DNA of 24,739 bases, taken from a virus (taxonomy: Duplodnaviria; Caudoviricetes). The notes under the pieces were generated by a model. The model saw only the letters and a program-made list of their open reading frames with translations, was not told the DNA's origin and ran no database searches. The stretch spans positions 1 to 24,739 of IMG/VR virus record IMGVR_UViG_3300037191_000107; one strand, written 5' to 3'. Made by a program: the position numbers and the translations under genes. Position 1 is the first letter of the stretch. Every line of letters begins with the position of its first letter. Positions 22,996 to 24,739 of this stretch are shown one piece after another.

Positions 22996-23017
22996 CTACA
23001 ATATCAAAATAATTAGC

Positions 23018-23047
23018 AAAAAAAAAGAGCCTCATTGCTGAAGCTCC
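23018..23047 (-). terminator. Strong intrinsic terminator ending the late/lysis transcript
   Basis: GGAGCTTCA-GCAA-TGAGGCTCT-TTTTTTTT (GNRA tetraloop). Confidence 0.9.
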
Positions 23048-23067
23048 TATTATTGGGGGAAATTGTG

Positions 23068-24147
23068 TTAAAAGAAATGCGTTAATCTTGCTACTTGTCC
23101 TTGGTCGTGTTCGTGAATGAATGCCTCTACTGCCGTTAAGGATTTATAGCCCTTTCTATCGTGCCAAGAATCCGAAGCACTCGGAGATCGTAAGTATTCA
23201 ACCGTAACACCGATGAAATCCTTTGCATCTCTCCACTTATGTTTAACTTTATGGTGTAAATGGTGAAGATACCAGTATCTATATTTTGTTTCTGCCCATT
23301 CTTTAGGCTTTTCATTAGCCATAAGTAAGGGAAGGTTATCCATTTTAGCTCCATCGCCGTGTTCAAGTCCAATTAAATTTGATCCGTAGGTGTAATACTT
23401 GCGATGTTTTACTCCTGCATCTACATTAACATCATCTGTTAACCTGAACCAACTCTTCAATGCGTGAGCTAAATGGAATCCACTTTGATAATCGTGGTTA
23501 CTCATTGAATGTACGCAATCTACTGGTGCTATCTCTCTAAGCATCTCAACGCATTTAACATACAATTGCAAAGCTACCTCGTAATGTTCCCACCACTTAC
23601 CATCGCAATCTTGAGGCGTTCCTTTTGTCGTTGTATTGTAAACATTATCCACGTGCAATACATCGTTACCAATACAGAAAAGAATACGATCAATATCAAA
23701 GCCCTTAGATTTATTAATTAAACCTTGTACACCTTCAATGACTCTATTAACTGCAATATCCATATTATACGCTTCGCCTGTTTCCTCAGCGTTTGCATAT
23801 TTACCGATGTGAATATCAGCAGGATTGATTACTAATAGATGTCTACCTTTGTTTCGTGTTACTTTTGGGTAGGTTGGAGCGTGTTCGCTTACAAAAGTAT
23901 TTAACCTTTCAAAGATACCGTTCTCATCAATACCCTTTCCTTCCTTAGTAACAACAGAAAAGCGAAGCTCTCCTCCCATATTCTGCCAATGCTTAACGGA
24001 TACAACATCTTTCTTAGAAATACCCCTATCATTTAGGTGTAAATCTAACGCCGTATTTCCGTTAATGTTTTCTAAGGTGTTTGCTCGGTGCTGCTTAATA
24101 AGATCAATCTCTTCAGCTTTTAATCTGAATCTATTATTCTTGCTCAT
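23068..24147 (-). CDS. Calcineurin-like metallophosphoesterase
   Basis: DIH, GND..H.D, SNHD, EHGD and HHLHH metal-binding motifs; 359 aa. Confidence 0.8.
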   Translation of the reverse strand: MSKNNRFRLKAEEIDLIKQHRANTLENINGNTALDLHLNDRGISKKDVVSVKHWQNMGGELRFSVVTKEGKGIDENGIFERLNTFVSEHAPTYPKVTRNKGRHLLVINPADIHIGKYANAEETGEAYNMDIAVNRVIEGVQGLINKSKGFDIDRILFCIGNDVLHVDNVYNTTTKGTPQDCDGKWWEHYEVALQLYVKCVEMLREIAPVDCVHSMSNHDYQSGFHLAHALKSWFRLTDDVNVDAGVKHRKYYTYGSNLIGLEHGDGAKMDNLPLLMANEKPKEWAETKYRYWYLHHLHHKVKHKWRDAKDFIGVTVEYLRSPSASDSWHDRKGYKSLTAVEAFIHEHDQGQVARLTHFF

Positions 24148-24174
24148 ATCTTCTTATTAGTTTGCACTAATATA

Positions 24175-24387
24175 CTACTTTTTTTCGAATACGCTAAAGC
24201 ACAAAGGTATAATTGCAATAGTAGCCAATATCAAAGTGTTTGTTGTAATGCCACCTGCATCGATTTGAGTAACTGCTGCAATAGCTAATACACCTGATAC
24301 GGTACGCTTACTACTCCACTTACCTTTAACATCTTTAAACATCTCAGGAACTATTGCTAAGATGCCTTTTGCGAACAAAGGATTCAT
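24175..24387 (-). CDS. Small membrane protein, holin-like
   Basis: KGKWSSKR followed by two hydrophobic segments; in the lysis cluster. Confidence 0.6.
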   Translation of the reverse strand: MNPLFAKGILAIVPEMFKDVKGKWSSKRTVSGVLAIAAVTQIDAGGITTNTLILATIAIIPLCFSVFEKK

Positions 24388-24539
24388 TTCCTTTTGTCCT
24401 TTACAAAGTATCCTACTAAGTCATCAATGTAACCGAAGATTTTATTGTCCTCTTCAGTAGGTGTAAGGTTTACGAGTATCTTAATGAAAGCTAAAAAGCC
24501 AATCAATAACTCACCCCAATTATTTAGTAATATCTCCAT
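24384..24539 (-). CDS. Small membrane protein (51 aa), holin-like, with a TPTxxD motif
   Basis: MEILLNNWGELLIGFLAFIKILVNLTPTEEDNKIFGYIDDLVGYFVKDKRK*; ATGA overlap with the next gene. Confidence 0.7.
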   Translation of the reverse strand: MEILLNNWGELLIGFLAFIKILVNLTPTEEDNKIFGYIDDLVGYFVKDKRK

Positions 24540-24669
24540 AATATGTATTTATTTCTATGAATATAAAAGGCAAATATAAGCAATGCTTATGCCCATCTTC
24601 AAACTTGTCCGACCAAATACCTACTAAGATACCTGTGTAAACTCCAATTCCAATATCCCAACCTGTCAT
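24520..24669 (-). CDS. Small hydrophobic hypothetical protein (49 aa)
   Basis: MTGWDIGIGVYTGILVGIWSDKFEDGHKHCLYLPFIFIEINTYYGDITK*; starts 1 nt after the lysin stop. Confidence 0.65.
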   Translation of the reverse strand: MTGWDIGIGVYTGILVGIWSDKFEDGHKHCLYLPFIFIEINTYYGDITK

Positions 24670-24670
24670 A

Positions 24671-24739
24671 TTAATAAGTCCAAATTACACAACCAACCAA
24701 GTCCTCATCTACATCTATATGTATAAAGGTATTAGCTAC
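24671..24739 (-). CDS. C-terminus of an endolysin, peptidase M15 family (partial)
   Basis: ...VANTFIHIDVDEDLVGCVIWTY*. FIHxD...WxY is the typical end of M15A Zn peptidases; only 22 codons are visible. Confidence 0.7.
   Translation of the reverse strand, partial: VANTFIHIDVDEDLVGCVIWTY

Noticed and set aside
23136-23372. 78-aa alternative-frame ORF inside the metallophosphoesterase gene
   Set aside because: Fully nested in a conserved catalytic region, with a non-ATG start and no leader or motif.
389-23721. All plus-strand ORFs in the track (e.g. 389-658, 3164-3622, 5028-5453, 10977-11486, 12880-13389, 16233-16484, 16676-16861)
   Set aside because: Nearly all lie antisense to well-supported minus-strand genes (16676-16861 overlaps the RNA candidate). 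They have Ser/Leu/Phe-rich shadow composition and no A-rich leaders or recognisable motifs.
1-24739. Stop-codon reassignment (as in some Bacteroidota phages)
   Set aside because: Genes are full length in the standard code, and TAA, TAG and TGA all end genes at tight junctions.

Overview
A 24.7-kb, AT-rich segment of a small tailed (siphovirus-like) dsDNA phage, with all credible genes on the minus strand. The host is very likely Bacteroidota/Flavobacteriia, judged from TTG-N19-TAnnTTTG promoters, A-rich leaders lacking Shine-Dalgarno sites, and a DUF3127 SSB. In transcription order (right to left) the window holds: (1) the end of a lysis module (M15-type endolysin tail, holin-like peptides) and a metallophosphoesterase; (2) a terminator and early promoters, small early genes, a Rad52/ERF-like annealase, an HTH protein, SSB, a replication initiator with an internal iteron origin, a C5 methyltransferase, a putative helicase loader and VRR-NUC; (3) an accessory patch, then a sigma-70/ECF-like factor, ParB-like protein, HNH, TerS and TerL; (4) tail genes (frameshifted chaperone, terminator, completion, distal tail, tail tip, tape measure), then protease, scaffold, major capsid, tail tube, an RcGTA-like head-spike base and a truncated LamG fibre. 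No portal, integrase, polymerase or reverse transcriptase is in the window. The most notable observations are an unannotated 47-aa gene resembling a free-standing ribonucleotide-reductase C-terminal redox tail, a nearby ~190-nt structured RNA candidate, a methyltransferase cassette flanked by 26-bp promoter-leader direct repeats, and a tail-tip protein with inserted DUF1566 and C1q-like domains. All family assignments come from motif recognition by eye; no database searches were run.
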